Positions 38,396-47,390 of a stretch of 64,000 bases of DNA are shown here, one piece after another. Both the position numbers and the translations under genes were made by a program. This stretch comes from Candidatus Krumholzibacteriia bacterium. GTDB taxonomy: Bacteria > Krumholzibacteriota > Krumholzibacteriia > Krumholzibacteriales > Krumholzibacteriaceae. Position 1 is the stretch's first letter; each line of letters begins with the position of its first letter. The stretch covers positions 1,307,531 to 1,371,530 of the forward strand of contig CAWIIQ010000001.1 of NCBI GenBank assembly GCA_963836185.1, given 5' to 3'. The notes under the pieces were generated by a model. The model worked only from the letters and a program-made list of their open reading frames with translations. It was not told the DNA's origin and did not search any database.

Positions 38396-39256
38396 ATGAA
38401 GGTCAGGTACATACTTGTCGCCCCTCTTGCCGCCGTCCTTGTCTTGAGTCTCGCCTGCAGTGATGAGAATGTCGACCCTCTAGGACAGGGTCCGCCGCGG
38501 GACGTTATCCTTCCCGATCTATCCGAGAACATAATCATCGCCTACGAGCAGACAGTCTTTATCGAGTCTGAAGGGATCTCCGTTACGTTCAGGGAATTCT
38601 CGGAAAGCCGCTGCCCGAAGGGTGCGGTATGTGTCTGGGAGGGGGAGGGTCTCGTCGAATTGATATTTGAGAACGCCCGGGGAGATATTGTGAGCGCTCT
38701 GCCCGTTATAAGACCAGGCAGGGATCCGGAGAGGTATACCTGGCTCAAGGCGTACGTCATGGATTACCGCGTCACGTTGCTCGAACTGGAGCCGTATCCG
38801 GAGGTGGACACTCAGTCCAGTCCGGAGGAATATACGGCCCTCCTGAAGATCGAGAGGATCCCCGACCCGAGCGGATGTGATCATGTGATGTTTACCCAGG
38901 GCGATCCGACAGCGATGTGCAGGGACGAGCTGGCAATACTGGGAGGTTCGATCGACGGGATCATACTCAAGGTCTATGTCAACTATGGAGGAGGCTGTGG
39001 AGATCACGATTTTATCCTCCTCGGCAGGCCGAATTTCATGGAATCTTACCCGGTGCAGATCGACCTCTATGTGCATCACAGCAATATCGACGATTATTGT
39101 GACGCGATCGTCAGCGATACTCTCTGTTTCGATGTGCGCAGAGTCGCCGAGTTGTACGAGGGTGTCTACCAGTCCTGCGACGATATACTGATCAATGTTC
39201 TGGACTGCAACCTGAACGATCCGGATGAGAAGTTCCAGGTGATGCTGAGGCCCTAG
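38396..39256 (+). CDS. hypothetical lipoprotein
   Basis: MKVRYILVAPLAAVLVLSLACSDEN lipobox. Cys-containing extracytoplasmic domain. No assigned family. Confidence 0.6.
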   Translation: MKVRYILVAPLAAVLVLSLACSDENVDPLGQGPPRDVILPDLSENIIIAYEQTVFIESEGISVTFREFSESRCPKGAVCVWEGEGLVELIFENARGDIVSALPVIRPGRDPERYTWLKAYVMDYRVTLLELEPYPEVDTQSSPEEYTALLKIERIPDPSGCDHVMFTQGDPTAMCRDELAILGGSIDGIILKVYVNYGGGCGDHDFILLGRPNFMESYPVQIDLYVHHSNIDDYCDAIVSDTLCFDVRRVAELYEGVYQSCDDILINVLDCNLNDPDEKFQVMLRP

Positions 39257-39266
39257 GGAGAAACGC

Positions 39267-40127
39267 TCAGTCCTCGAATCCCTCGAAGCTGCGGCCGGCG
39301 TAGGCGTCGCACTTCGAGCACAGTTCGATCTTCTCGCGCTCGCCCCTTGCCAGATATTCCGCGAATTCAAGTCTTTGAGCGCCGTTCCAGATATCGAGGA
39401 CGCTGTCATCGTTGACGTTGCCGATCACGGCTCTTCCTGCGATGTCCCAGCAGCATAGTACGGCGCGGCCGTCGGTGTAGAAGAACATCTCTTCACGCAT
39501 CTTGATGCATGGTTTGCGGACCATCTCTACGCCTTCTGTCCAGGGCCAGTTGTACAGCGGAACGATGAGGGCTCTGTCGACACGTTCACTCCAGTATTCG
39601 ATGTAGTCACGCTGCTCATGGCGGTTGGATGCCATGTCGATCATCCTGACCTCGGTCTCGATCGTCTTTTCCGACTCCCCTGCCATGCGGGCGAACCTCT
39701 CGATGTTCGTGACGACGCGGTCATAGTCAAGCCCCACGCGGTCCTTCTCATATGACTCTGCGGAGAAGGCGTCGATACTGAACCTTACTATGTCGATTCC
39801 AGCATCGATCAGTGCGGCGGCATTCTTCTCGGTGAGAGCGTTTCCATTCGTGTTGATCTCAGCATGAGCTGTAATGTCCTGTTTGATGTATGCAACGATT
39901 TCGGGAAGCCTCGTGTCAATAAGGGCCTCGTTCTGCAGGAACGGCCTGTAGGTGATGCCGAGGCCGCGGGTGTCGTCGATGATCTTCTTCCACGTCGCGT
40001 CAGGCATTCTTCGCGGCGTCCTGTCTATGTCTCTCTGGGGGCAGAAGGGGCACTGCGCGTCGCAGCCGATCATCGATTCTATCTGTATGAATCTCGGTTT
40101 CTTCGGGAATCCTTGTTTATCGGTCAC
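39267..40127 (-). CDS. radical SAM protein with a SPASM/twitch-like C-terminal cysteine cluster
   Basis: CDAQCPFCP (CX3CX2C) near the N-terminus. The C-terminus has CIKM...LCCWD...CSKCDAY. It lies 1 nt downstream of waaA on the same strand. Confidence 0.8.
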   Translation of the reverse strand: MTDKQGFPKKPRFIQIESMIGCDAQCPFCPQRDIDRTPRRMPDATWKKIIDDTRGLGITYRPFLQNEALIDTRLPEIVAYIKQDITAHAEINTNGNALTEKNAAALIDAGIDIVRFSIDAFSAESYEKDRVGLDYDRVVTNIERFARMAGESEKTIETEVRMIDMASNRHEQRDYIEYWSERVDRALIVPLYNWPWTEGVEMVRKPCIKMREEMFFYTDGRAVLCCWDIAGRAVIGNVNDDSVLDIWNGAQRLEFAEYLARGEREKIELCSKCDAYAGRSFEGFED

Positions 40128-40128
40128 T

Positions 40129-41442
40129 TCATGCCTTTCCGCTGTCGATATGTTTCTCTATCAGTTCCAGGCAACGCGGTGCCGCGCCGCATCTTTTTCT
40201 TATGAATTCCGATGCCGTCCTGCCAAGTGACTCCAGAAGCGCCCGGTCTTTCAGCAGGGCTTCGGTTTCCCTCGCGAATTCCTCGTCCGAGTGGACGACT
40301 TTACCGGAGCCGAGCCGGACCAGCATACCAGCTTCCCATGAATTGTCAATCTTCGGCCCGAAAAATACGGGCAATTCCAGGACGGCGGGTTCCATCACAT
40401 TGTGTACGCCTGTCGTCCAGCTTCCGCCTACATACGCGATGTCGCCGGCCCTGTAAAGTTCGGCGAGGTATCCGATCCCGTCGGCGATTATCACAGGAGT
40501 ATCGGCGTCCCATTTCTCGATGCCGGAGAGGCGAGCCGAGCGCAATCCGTTTTTCCCGAGCGCTGTCTCGATAGCGCTGAGCCTCGATGCGGTCGGTTCG
40601 TGCGGCGCTACTATCATCGCCGTGTTCGGCTGTGTGCCGAGGACCCTGGCGAATCCGGGGATGACTATATCCTCGTCCTTCGGCCAGGTGCTGCCGGCGA
40701 TTATCATCGGGCGTGAGTCTTCGAGGACCACCCTGGAGATCTTCACTGTCGAGTTGTCGATGCGCTGGCAGACCTGATCAAACCTCGTATCGCCGGCAGT
40801 GATGATCTCGGTTATTTTCCCGAGGTGATTCGAGAAGCGCTCCGCATCCTCGTCTGATATTGCCGCTATAGCATCAAGTGTCGAATAGATCGATCCATAG
40901 AATCTTTTAGCCGGGCCGGAAAGCCTCTTTGAGGAGGGAGAGAGGGTGCCGGAGATGAGTATCTGGGGGATCCCTCTCGATCCGGCCTCGAATATGAGGT
41001 TAGGCCATAGATCGAATTTCACGTATACGATCATATCGGGCTTCAGCGTGTCGAGGCAGAAGCGCATGTTTGAGACTGTATCGATAGGCAGGTAGTCGAC
41101 GAATACAAGGGATGTGTTTTTTACCGACCTGTCATGCTTTCTGAAATAGTCTATCCCCGAAGGTGAGAAGAATGTAAGCACGATCTGAGTGGAACCACCG
41201 TGCTTTTCGGCGAGAAGATCCATGACTGGTCTGGCCTGAAGGAACTCTCCGACAGACGAGACATGGAACCAGATCGTTCTTTTGCCGGGATCGAGAGCAT
41301 CAGCGCTCTTGCTCCATCTCTCCCTAAGGTCTTTTCGTCCCCCGATTCCATCGGCGATCTTGGCGTTGAACTTCGCCGAGACCTTTGCCCCGACCGCGGC
41401 GACAGGAAGGAGGAGGTTATATAATCCTCGTGCGAGACTCAT
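40129..41442 (-). CDS. waaA: 3-deoxy-D-manno-octulosonic acid (Kdo) transferase
   Basis: IWFHVSSVGEFLQARPVMDLL, with C-terminal GGSW...GVHNVMEPA blocks. Full-length colinearity with KdtA/WaaA. Confidence 0.88.
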   Translation of the reverse strand: MSLARGLYNLLLPVAAVGAKVSAKFNAKIADGIGGRKDLRERWSKSADALDPGKRTIWFHVSSVGEFLQARPVMDLLAEKHGGSTQIVLTFFSPSGIDYFRKHDRSVKNTSLVFVDYLPIDTVSNMRFCLDTLKPDMIVYVKFDLWPNLIFEAGSRGIPQILISGTLSPSSKRLSGPAKRFYGSIYSTLDAIAAISDEDAERFSNHLGKITEIITAGDTRFDQVCQRIDNSTVKISRVVLEDSRPMIIAGSTWPKDEDIVIPGFARVLGTQPNTAMIVAPHEPTASRLSAIETALGKNGLRSARLSGIEKWDADTPVIIADGIGYLAELYRAGDIAYVGGSWTTGVHNVMEPAVLELPVFFGPKIDNSWEAGMLVRLGSGKVVHSDEEFARETEALLKDRALLESLGRTASEFIRKRCGAAPRCLELIEKHIDSGKA

Positions 41443-42536
41443 CCTTCTCCTCCAGTCGATCCGAGGACCTGGTCGATGGCGGACACGACTTCGTCTGTAT
41501 CGATCGTGTCGAGACAGTCCCGGTTTTCGATATGGCAGGGCCTGGCGCCATTACGTGAACATGGCCGGCATTCAAGATCCTTTTCCAATACGATACTTGC
41601 GTCGAGAAGAGGATAATAGCCGAATTGTCTGACTGTGGGACCGAAAAGCGCGACGACAGGAGTGCCTACCGCCTCAGCCATATGCAGGGGAGCTGAGTCA
41701 TTGGAAACCAGTACCGATGCCTTTTTCAGCGCTGATGCGGTCTCCATAAGTGAGAGTCTGCCGCAGGCGTTGACGGAACCATCGGAGGATGCTGCGATCC
41801 GGCAGATATCCTTCTCGGACGCCGCGCCGATGATCAGGACACCGCACCCGAGTCTGTCAGCCAGGCTGGAGAATCTTTCGGCGGGCCATCTCTTAGTCTC
41901 CCATCTTGCGCCTGGAGCAAGTGCGACGACCTGGTGTCCGGTCAATCCGTTCTCCCTGAAAAGCCTGTCAACCGCGGCTTCCGCTTCGGGAGGAGGATCA
42001 AGCCTCGTGGAGACATCAGGGATCTCTTCTCCGAGCGCCCCGATCAGGCCCAGGTACCTGTCCTTCATCGATACGGTATCTCTGTACAGATCCTTCCCCG
42101 CCCTTATAAGGGACAGTTTTCGGACCTGGTCTTTACCCAGCTGGACTTTCCTGCCTGCCCTGAGTGTCCGGTAGAGGAAGTTGCTGCGGATCACGTTATG
42201 CGCATCGATGATGATATCGAATCTTTCAGCGGCAAGCCGCTTCCTCAAGCCAAGAAGTTCACCGATCCCCGCGCTGATGGGAAGAGAGTGTATCCTGGCG
42301 ATATTACCGTTACTTTCGAATATCTCATCGTACTGTTCTTTAGTCGCCAGATGGAGCTCGTAACCGGGGTATGTGACGGCGATTGCCTCTACGAGAGCCG
42401 AGAGGAGGACGAGGTCTCCAAGTGAGCTGAACCTGATCAGGAGTATCCTGGGACGATTTTCATTCATAAGCATCTGGCCTGTATGGAGTTTGCTCATGGG
42501 AATATACAGCAAGGGGCCAGGCAAGTCCAGACGCAA
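41439..42536 (-). CDS. glycosyltransferase family 9 (LPS heptosyltransferase-like)
   Basis: RILLIRFSSLGDLVLLSALVEAI, GARWETKRWP and VSNDSAPLHMAEAVGTPVVALFGPT. Overlaps waaA by 4 nt. The start is uncertain: TTG 42536 with a GGAG upstream, or an internal ATG at 42473 or 42467. Confidence 0.85.
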   Translation of the reverse strand: MRLDLPGPLLYIPMSKLHTGQMLMNENRPRILLIRFSSLGDLVLLSALVEAIAVTYPGYELHLATKEQYDEIFESNGNIARIHSLPISAGIGELLGLRKRLAAERFDIIIDAHNVIRSNFLYRTLRAGRKVQLGKDQVRKLSLIRAGKDLYRDTVSMKDRYLGLIGALGEEIPDVSTRLDPPPEAEAAVDRLFRENGLTGHQVVALAPGARWETKRWPAERFSSLADRLGCGVLIIGAASEKDICRIAASSDGSVNACGRLSLMETASALKKASVLVSNDSAPLHMAEAVGTPVVALFGPTVRQFGYYPLLDASIVLEKDLECRPCSRNGARPCHIENRDCLDTIDTDEVVSAIDQVLGSTGGEG

Positions 42537-42559
42537 TGCACTCCGAATTCCGGTAATCC

Positions 42560-42700
42560 GAAAAATTTGTTAAATGAGCAAAATGGATGTTGAAAAAGCA
42601 GCACAATTATTACATTATTCATATTGAAAACGTAATTGCTCGTTTTTTATTTATTATAAAGTTTGTAATTTGCACTTTAATTGATTGCGCATTGGTCACA
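42560..42700. promoter_or_regulatory. strongly AT-rich divergent intergenic region
   Basis: A stretch of about 140 bp that is visibly AT-rich against the GC-rich background. It separates the minus-strand GT9-waaA-rSAM operon from the plus-strand XRE-cupin genes. It contains three TAATTG/CAATTA hexamers and an AAAGT...ACTTT inverted repeat. Confidence 0.5.
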
Positions 42701-42785
42701 GTGATGCTGGATGATGATTGATGGATGGGCGATCGATTGTCGCAGGAAGTAATCCACAAAATAGAGGGAACGGGGGATTCACTAT

Positions 42786-43346
42786 ATGGAAACCAGGAAC
42801 GAGATAGGTTCCCGCATCAAGCAGTTCCGGCTCGCAAAGGGCCTGACACTGAAGGACATAGAGCTCAAGGCCAAGGTCTCGGCCACCCATGTCTCTGAGA
42901 TAGAGAGGGGAATGACCTCTCCGACTGTAGGCGCGCTGGCCAAGATCGCCAGGGCTATGGGAACCGATGTGGCCTATTTCGTCGAAAAGAAGAACCTCTC
43001 GAACATCTCGGTAGTCCGCAGGGACGAGCGCAGGACGATGCAGTTCAAGGATTGGGGGGCTACTTACCTTTCTCTGACACAGGATCTTCCGCATCCGAGG
43101 ATCTCCTTCCTCGAGGTCATTCTCGAACCCGGTATCGCAAGGCCGGAAGAGACCAGCACGCACGATGGCGAGGAATTCGCTCTGGTGACCAAGGGAGTAA
43201 TGGAAATCATCATCGGAGAAGAGAAATATATTCTCAAGGAAGGCGACAGCATCCATTACAAATCTAACAAACCACATGCCATGAGGAACATCGGCGATGC
43301 CAGATGTCGCGCCATCTGGGTGACCCTGCCGCCGTTCAGCCTGTAA
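42786..43346 (+). CDS. XRE-HTH / cupin two-domain transcriptional regulator
   Basis: N-terminal IKQFRLAKGLTLKDIELKAKVSATHVSEIERGMTSPTVGALAKIARAMG. C-terminal cupin region HDGEEFALVTKGVMEIIIGEEKYILKEGDSIHYKSNKPHAMRN. Confidence 0.85.
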   Translation: METRNEIGSRIKQFRLAKGLTLKDIELKAKVSATHVSEIERGMTSPTVGALAKIARAMGTDVAYFVEKKNLSNISVVRRDERRTMQFKDWGATYLSLTQDLPHPRISFLEVILEPGIARPEETSTHDGEEFALVTKGVMEIIIGEEKYILKEGDSIHYKSNKPHAMRNIGDARCRAIWVTLPPFSL

Positions 43347-43367
43347 CCGGAAACAGCTGGAGAAATA

Positions 43368-43937
43368 ATGGACATGATCACCAAGGAAGAAATCGGCAGA
43401 CGGATCAAAAAGATCAGGGAGCAGCAGCACCTTACGCTCAAGAACGTAGAGGCGAAAGCCGGGATATCGGCGACTCATATATCAGAGATCGAGAGGGGCA
43501 AGACCTCTCCTACCATCGGCGCGCTGATCCGCATCGCCGATGCTCTGGGAAAAGATCCAGCTTACTTTATCGAGGACCAGGAACTCAGCGACGTCTCCTT
43601 CATCGCCCTCGAGGACCGGGTCAAGAAGAAGCTCGAGAAGGCAGCAGGAGAGATCGAGGTGCTGACCAACTCGATACCGAGCGGCAAGATCAACTCGCAG
43701 TTGATAACGCTCGCTCCGAGTCCCGCGGAAGAGATAACGATGCATGCCCATGACGCGGATGAGGCCGTACTGGTGCTTTCGGGCGGGGTCAGGTTCAGGG
43801 TGGAGGACAAGGAGTACGAGTTGAGTGAGGGAGACAGCATCTACTATGTCGCCAGCCAGGAGCACGGCTACGCCAACGCTTCGGACAGCGAGGAAGCGAA
43901 GATGATATGGTTTGCCTCCGAGCGAGGTGTCGACTAG
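43368..43937 (+). CDS. XRE-HTH / cupin two-domain transcriptional regulator; tandem paralog
   Basis: IKKIREQQHLTLKNVEAKAGISATHISEIERGKTSPTIGALIRIADALG, plus cupin region HAHDADEAVLVLSGGVRFRVEDKEYELSEGDSIYYVASQEH. Confidence 0.85.
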   Translation: MDMITKEEIGRRIKKIREQQHLTLKNVEAKAGISATHISEIERGKTSPTIGALIRIADALGKDPAYFIEDQELSDVSFIALEDRVKKKLEKAAGEIEVLTNSIPSGKINSQLITLAPSPAEEITMHAHDADEAVLVLSGGVRFRVEDKEYELSEGDSIYYVASQEHGYANASDSEEAKMIWFASERGVD

Positions 43938-44002
43938 GCGGTCAGGAATCAACCGAGGGAAGAGGTTTTCCAGCGCCTGAAAGCGTCTAACAGTAATTAT
44001 CG

Positions 44003-44034
44003 CCGCCGGTTTCATGGAAATCGGCGGTTTTTTA
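44003..44034 (+). terminator. rho-independent terminator after the XRE-cupin pair
   Basis: CCGCCGGTTT...AAATCGGCGG stem (44003-44027) followed by TTTTTTATT. Confidence 0.6.
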
Positions 44035-44048
44035 TTGCTCGATTTATA

Positions 44049-44078
44049 TTGACACATCATTTTTAACGAAATTATAGT
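44049..44078 (+). promoter_or_regulatory. sigma70-like promoter for the DUF1844/OmpA genes
   Basis: TTGACA (44049-44054), 17-18 nt spacer, TTATAGT (44072-44078). AGGAGGG precedes the TTG start at 44104. Confidence 0.5.
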
Positions 44079-44103
44079 CTGAACCTGTAAGGAGGGAGTT
44101 GAA

Positions 44104-44487
44104 TTGGATAACGACAACAATAACACCGACTATGCTCGCGATACCTTTCTGTTCCAACACCTTGTCGTGATGTTTCAGACCCTCGCACTTCAACAGATGG
44201 GAAAGCTCACCAGCCCCATAACGGGTAAAGTGGAAAGAGATTTGCATCAGGCGAAGATTACCGTCGATATGCTGGGCATGATCCAGAAAAGGACCGAGGG
44301 GAATCTCGAAGAAAACGAGAAGAAGATCCTCGATACGGTCATGATGGAACTCCAGATGAATTACATCGACGAGACCGCCAGGGCGGAGAAAGAAGAAGAG
44401 GGACCGGCGGTAGAGGAGAATGAAAACGAGATCGAAGAGGATCCTGACAAGGGTGGAACGGAGGAAGAGCCTGCTGGCGACGCCTGA
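44104..44487 (+). CDS. DUF1844 domain protein
   Basis: FQHLVVMFQTLALQQMGK...GKVERDLHQAKITVDMLGMIQKRTEGNL matches the DUF1844 core pattern. Acidic C-terminal tail. Confidence 0.7.
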   Translation: MDNDNNNTDYARDTFLFQHLVVMFQTLALQQMGKLTSPITGKVERDLHQAKITVDMLGMIQKRTEGNLEENEKKILDTVMMELQMNYIDETARAEKEEEGPAVEENENEIEEDPDKGGTEEEPAGDA

Positions 44488-44526
44488 CCTGCCCCGGGAT
44501 CCGTCGATGAGCCGAGGAGGTAAAGG

Positions 44527-46413
44527 ATGAGAAGGTATGCGCGACTAGTCGTTGCATCCGTGCTTCTCACCACGCTCTTGTCAGTGGGCGCTGCCGCTCA
44601 CGTTTCGTGGGATGGCACGGCCGGTATGCTCAGGGTCTATGACGCTGGCACAGTTGGAAAAGGAAAACTGGTCTTTTCGATGGGCACATCGTACATGCGG
44701 TGGCCCGACGAGGTCCTGCTGCAGTGTCCCGGCAGCTTCTACGACCAGGCCGGCGGAACTGACCCCAGGACGGTAACGTACAATTTCTTCACATCCAGGG
44801 CGGGACTGACTCTCGGACTCAGCGACCATGTTGAGATCGCGGCCAACCTCGATATCCGTAACTGGATAATGCAGGTTCCTGAAGAGTTCCAGACGGATGA
44901 ATTCGAGACCTATTATCGCGGCGGGCTCGGTGACACGTGGCTGCTGCTCAAGCTCGCTCCTCCTATTCCGACCAAGTACTTCAAGTTCGGAATCCTCGGT
45001 ACGGCGAGTTTTCCTACGGGAAACAAGGAGAGAAGGTTTACGACCGATTCGATCGATTTCCGGCTCGACGGTCTGTTTACCTTCGACCTTACACATACCG
45101 ACGCCTTCGTTCCGACGAAACTTCACTTTAACGTGGGGTACGTGTTCAACAGGAACGAGGAGTTCGGTTACGGGATAACCAATACGAGCAATCCGAATCT
45201 GAGCGGATTCTACCCTCCGGCATATCCGGCTACCCCGGAGGGAGAGAGCGACAGCTACAACGACCTGTTCAAGTTCGGAAGTGGTATCGAGTTCATGCTC
45301 GAACACACGAAGCTGTTCGTCGAGTTCAGATGGGACCAGTTCACCAGCTACGAAGGACTGTCTGACAGCTGTGGAATACAGAACGTCAACAAGAGCATGT
45401 ATACACTTACGCCGGGAATCTCGGTGGAATCGAAGAACGGCGTAGGCCTGCTGCTCGGATTCGATATCAATCTCAACTCGCAGGAAAATCAGTCGATCAT
45501 GAATCCGCCTGACTGGATGGCGTATTTCGCGCTGACCTTCGGCGGCTACGTGATGCCTCAGGACGCGGACAAGGACGGTATCGAGGATAAGGTTGACAAG
45601 TGTCCAGACGATCCGGAAGATTTCGACGGGTACGAGGACGAGGACGGGTGCCCCGAGCTTGATAATGACGGGGACGGCATCAATGACGACATGGACGAAT
45701 GCCCCGATCTGGCCGAGGATTTCGACGGATACCAGGATGATGACGGGTGCCCCGATCTTGATAACGACGGTGACGGCATACCCGACGTGGACGACAGGTG
45801 CCCCATGGAGCCCGAGGACTTCGACGGATTCGAGGACAGCGACGGCTGCCCCGATATACTCCAGGATACGGACGAGGACGGTGTCCCCGATGACACCGAC
45901 AAATGTCCTCTCAAGCCTGAAGATATCGACGGGTTCCAGGATGAGGATGGCTGTCCAGATCTCGACAACGATCTCGACGGGATCCTCGATACAGAGGACC
46001 AGTGCCCGAACGAGCCCGAGACTTTCAACGGATACATGGATGAGGATGGATGTCCCGACGAGAGGCCGATCGAGCAGAAGTTCATTCTTCGCGGGATAAA
46101 CTTCGAGAGCGGCTCAGCGTCCCTGACGCCTGACAGCTACTCGGTGCTCGACCAGGTGGTCAAATCCCTGATGGCGTATCCCGAGGTGAAAGTAGAGGTG
46201 CGCGGATACACCGACAGCGTGGGTGGATGGGAATCGAACCTCACTCTTTCCCAGCGCAGGGCCGATTCCGTCAAAAAGTACCTGACCAACTCGGGTATCG
46301 AGAGCGAGAGGCTCCTTTCGAAGGGTTACGGCGAAGCCGATCCCATAGCCTCGAACAAGACTGCCGGCGGCAGGGCGGAGAACAGGAGGATCGAGTTCCA
46401 CCGCATGAACTAG
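44527..46413 (+). CDS. OmpA-family outer-membrane protein with N-terminal barrel, thrombospondin type-3 (TSP3) repeats and a C-terminal OmpA domain
   Basis: Signal peptide. Repeated D.DGDGI.D..D.CP..PEDFDGY.DEDGCPD units. C-terminus has FESGSASL...VEVRGYTDSVG...NLTLSQRRADSVKKYL...GRAENRRIEF. Confidence 0.9.
   Translation: MRRYARLVVASVLLTTLLSVGAAAHVSWDGTAGMLRVYDAGTVGKGKLVFSMGTSYMRWPDEVLLQCPGSFYDQAGGTDPRTVTYNFFTSRAGLTLGLSDHVEIAANLDIRNWIMQVPEEFQTDEFETYYRGGLGDTWLLLKLAPPIPTKYFKFGILGTASFPTGNKERRFTTDSIDFRLDGLFTFDLTHTDAFVPTKLHFNVGYVFNRNEEFGYGITNTSNPNLSGFYPPAYPATPEGESDSYNDLFKFGSGIEFMLEHTKLFVEFRWDQFTSYEGLSDSCGIQNVNKSMYTLTPGISVESKNGVGLLLGFDINLNSQENQSIMNPPDWMAYFALTFGGYVMPQDADKDGIEDKVDKCPDDPEDFDGYEDEDGCPELDNDGDGINDDMDECPDLAEDFDGYQDDDGCPDLDNDGDGIPDVDDRCPMEPEDFDGFEDSDGCPDILQDTDEDGVPDDTDKCPLKPEDIDGFQDEDGCPDLDNDLDGILDTEDQCPNEPETFNGYMDEDGCPDERPIEQKFILRGINFESGSASLTPDSYSVLDQVVKSLMAYPEVKVEVRGYTDSVGGWESNLTLSQRRADSVKKYLTNSGIESERLLSKGYGEADPIASNKTAGGRAENRRIEFHRMN
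45559..46062 (+). repeat. in-frame tandem Asp-rich TSP3-type coding repeats
   Basis: About ten calcium-binding-type DxDxDG/CP motifs in tandem inside the OmpA gene. The repeat is at protein level with diverged DNA. Confidence 0.8.
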
Positions 46414-46438
46414 CCGGATCTGACGCAGAAGTGACAAA

Positions 46439-46474
46439 GGTCCGCGGGGCTCAGGCTCCGCGGACCTTTTTTTC
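46439..46474. terminator. bidirectional terminator between the convergent OmpA and mazG genes
   Basis: GGTCCGCGG...CCGCGGACC stem followed by TTTTTTT. Confidence 0.7.
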
Positions 46475-46492
46475 TCTGTTGCCGGAACAAGG

Positions 46493-47299
46493 TCATTGAG
46501 ATTTCTTGCTCTCCTGCCAGAGCGCCTCCATCTCTTCGAGGGTCATCGCGCCGAGATTCCTGCCCATGGCAGCAGCCTTCGATTCCATGATGCCGAAGCG
46601 TTTAACGAACTTGTCCGTCGTCCTCTCGAGTGAGCTCTCGCAATCGACGTTGAGGGCTCTGGCCAGGTTGACTACGGTGAACAGGATATCGCCGACCTCT
46701 TCGCGGACGTGCTTGCGGTCGCCGCTCTCCACGGCCTCGCGCAGCTCGTCGATCTCTTCATGCATCTTGTCGATGACGCCTTCGTGTCCGGTCCAGTCGA
46801 ATCCCTCTCCTGCCGCTTTCTTTTGCATAGCGAAGGCTCTGCGAAGCGGAGGCAGCCCAGGCGACACCGAAGAGAGCAGGCTTTCGCCGCCTTTGTCGGA
46901 TCTCTCCGCCTTCTTGATCCTTTCCCACTCGGCGAGACTTTCCTTTTCGCAGCCTGCGCTCGTTTCCCCGAACACGTGAGGATGGCGCCTCACAATTTTC
47001 TCGTGTACGGCCGCTGTGATCCCGGACAGCGTTGACTTTCTTTTCTCGAGCATAAGCTCGTGGATGAACACGATAAGAAAGATGACGTCGCCGAGTTCCT
47101 CCTCGAGATGGTCAGCGTCGCCGGATCTCTCCGCCTGCAGCAGTTCATATGCCTCGTCTATCATATACGAGATCATCTCATCGAGGCTTCGCTCCCTGTC
47201 CCACGGGCAGCCGCCGGGGGACCTCAGGGTACGCAGGGTCTTCCTCAATGAGGCTATCTCGGCTGAAAACCGGTCATCATCGATAATTTTGTCTTTCAT
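46493..47299 (-). CDS. mazG: nucleoside triphosphate pyrophosphohydrolase
   Basis: GCPWDRERSLDEMISYMIDEAYEL plus a second EELGD/EEVGD repeat. This is the tandem MazG-domain architecture. Confidence 0.9.
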   Translation of the reverse strand: MKDKIIDDDRFSAEIASLRKTLRTLRSPGGCPWDRERSLDEMISYMIDEAYELLQAERSGDADHLEEELGDVIFLIVFIHELMLEKRKSTLSGITAAVHEKIVRRHPHVFGETSAGCEKESLAEWERIKKAERSDKGGESLLSSVSPGLPPLRRAFAMQKKAAGEGFDWTGHEGVIDKMHEEIDELREAVESGDRKHVREEVGDILFTVVNLARALNVDCESSLERTTDKFVKRFGIMESKAAAMGRNLGAMTLEEMEALWQESKKSQ

Positions 47300-47390
47300 A
47301 GTATTAAAATGATATCCGATATTGAACGGCGGCGCAATTCCTGATAAAGTAAGAGATTACTTTAATGGCCCGTTTATGGAGGCGGACCCG

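Noticed and set aside
42560-42700. AT-rich island considered as a replication origin.
   Set aside because: No TTATCCACA-type DnaA boxes, no dnaA/dnaN neighbourhood and no 13-mer-type repeats. A divergent promoter region explains it adequately.
45559-46062. Periodic Asp-rich repeat region considered as a possible CRISPR-like or tandem DNA repeat.
   Set aside because: The periodicity is at protein level (TSP3 calcium-binding motifs inside the OmpA gene). The DNA units are diverged and in frame, with no spacer-repeat structure.
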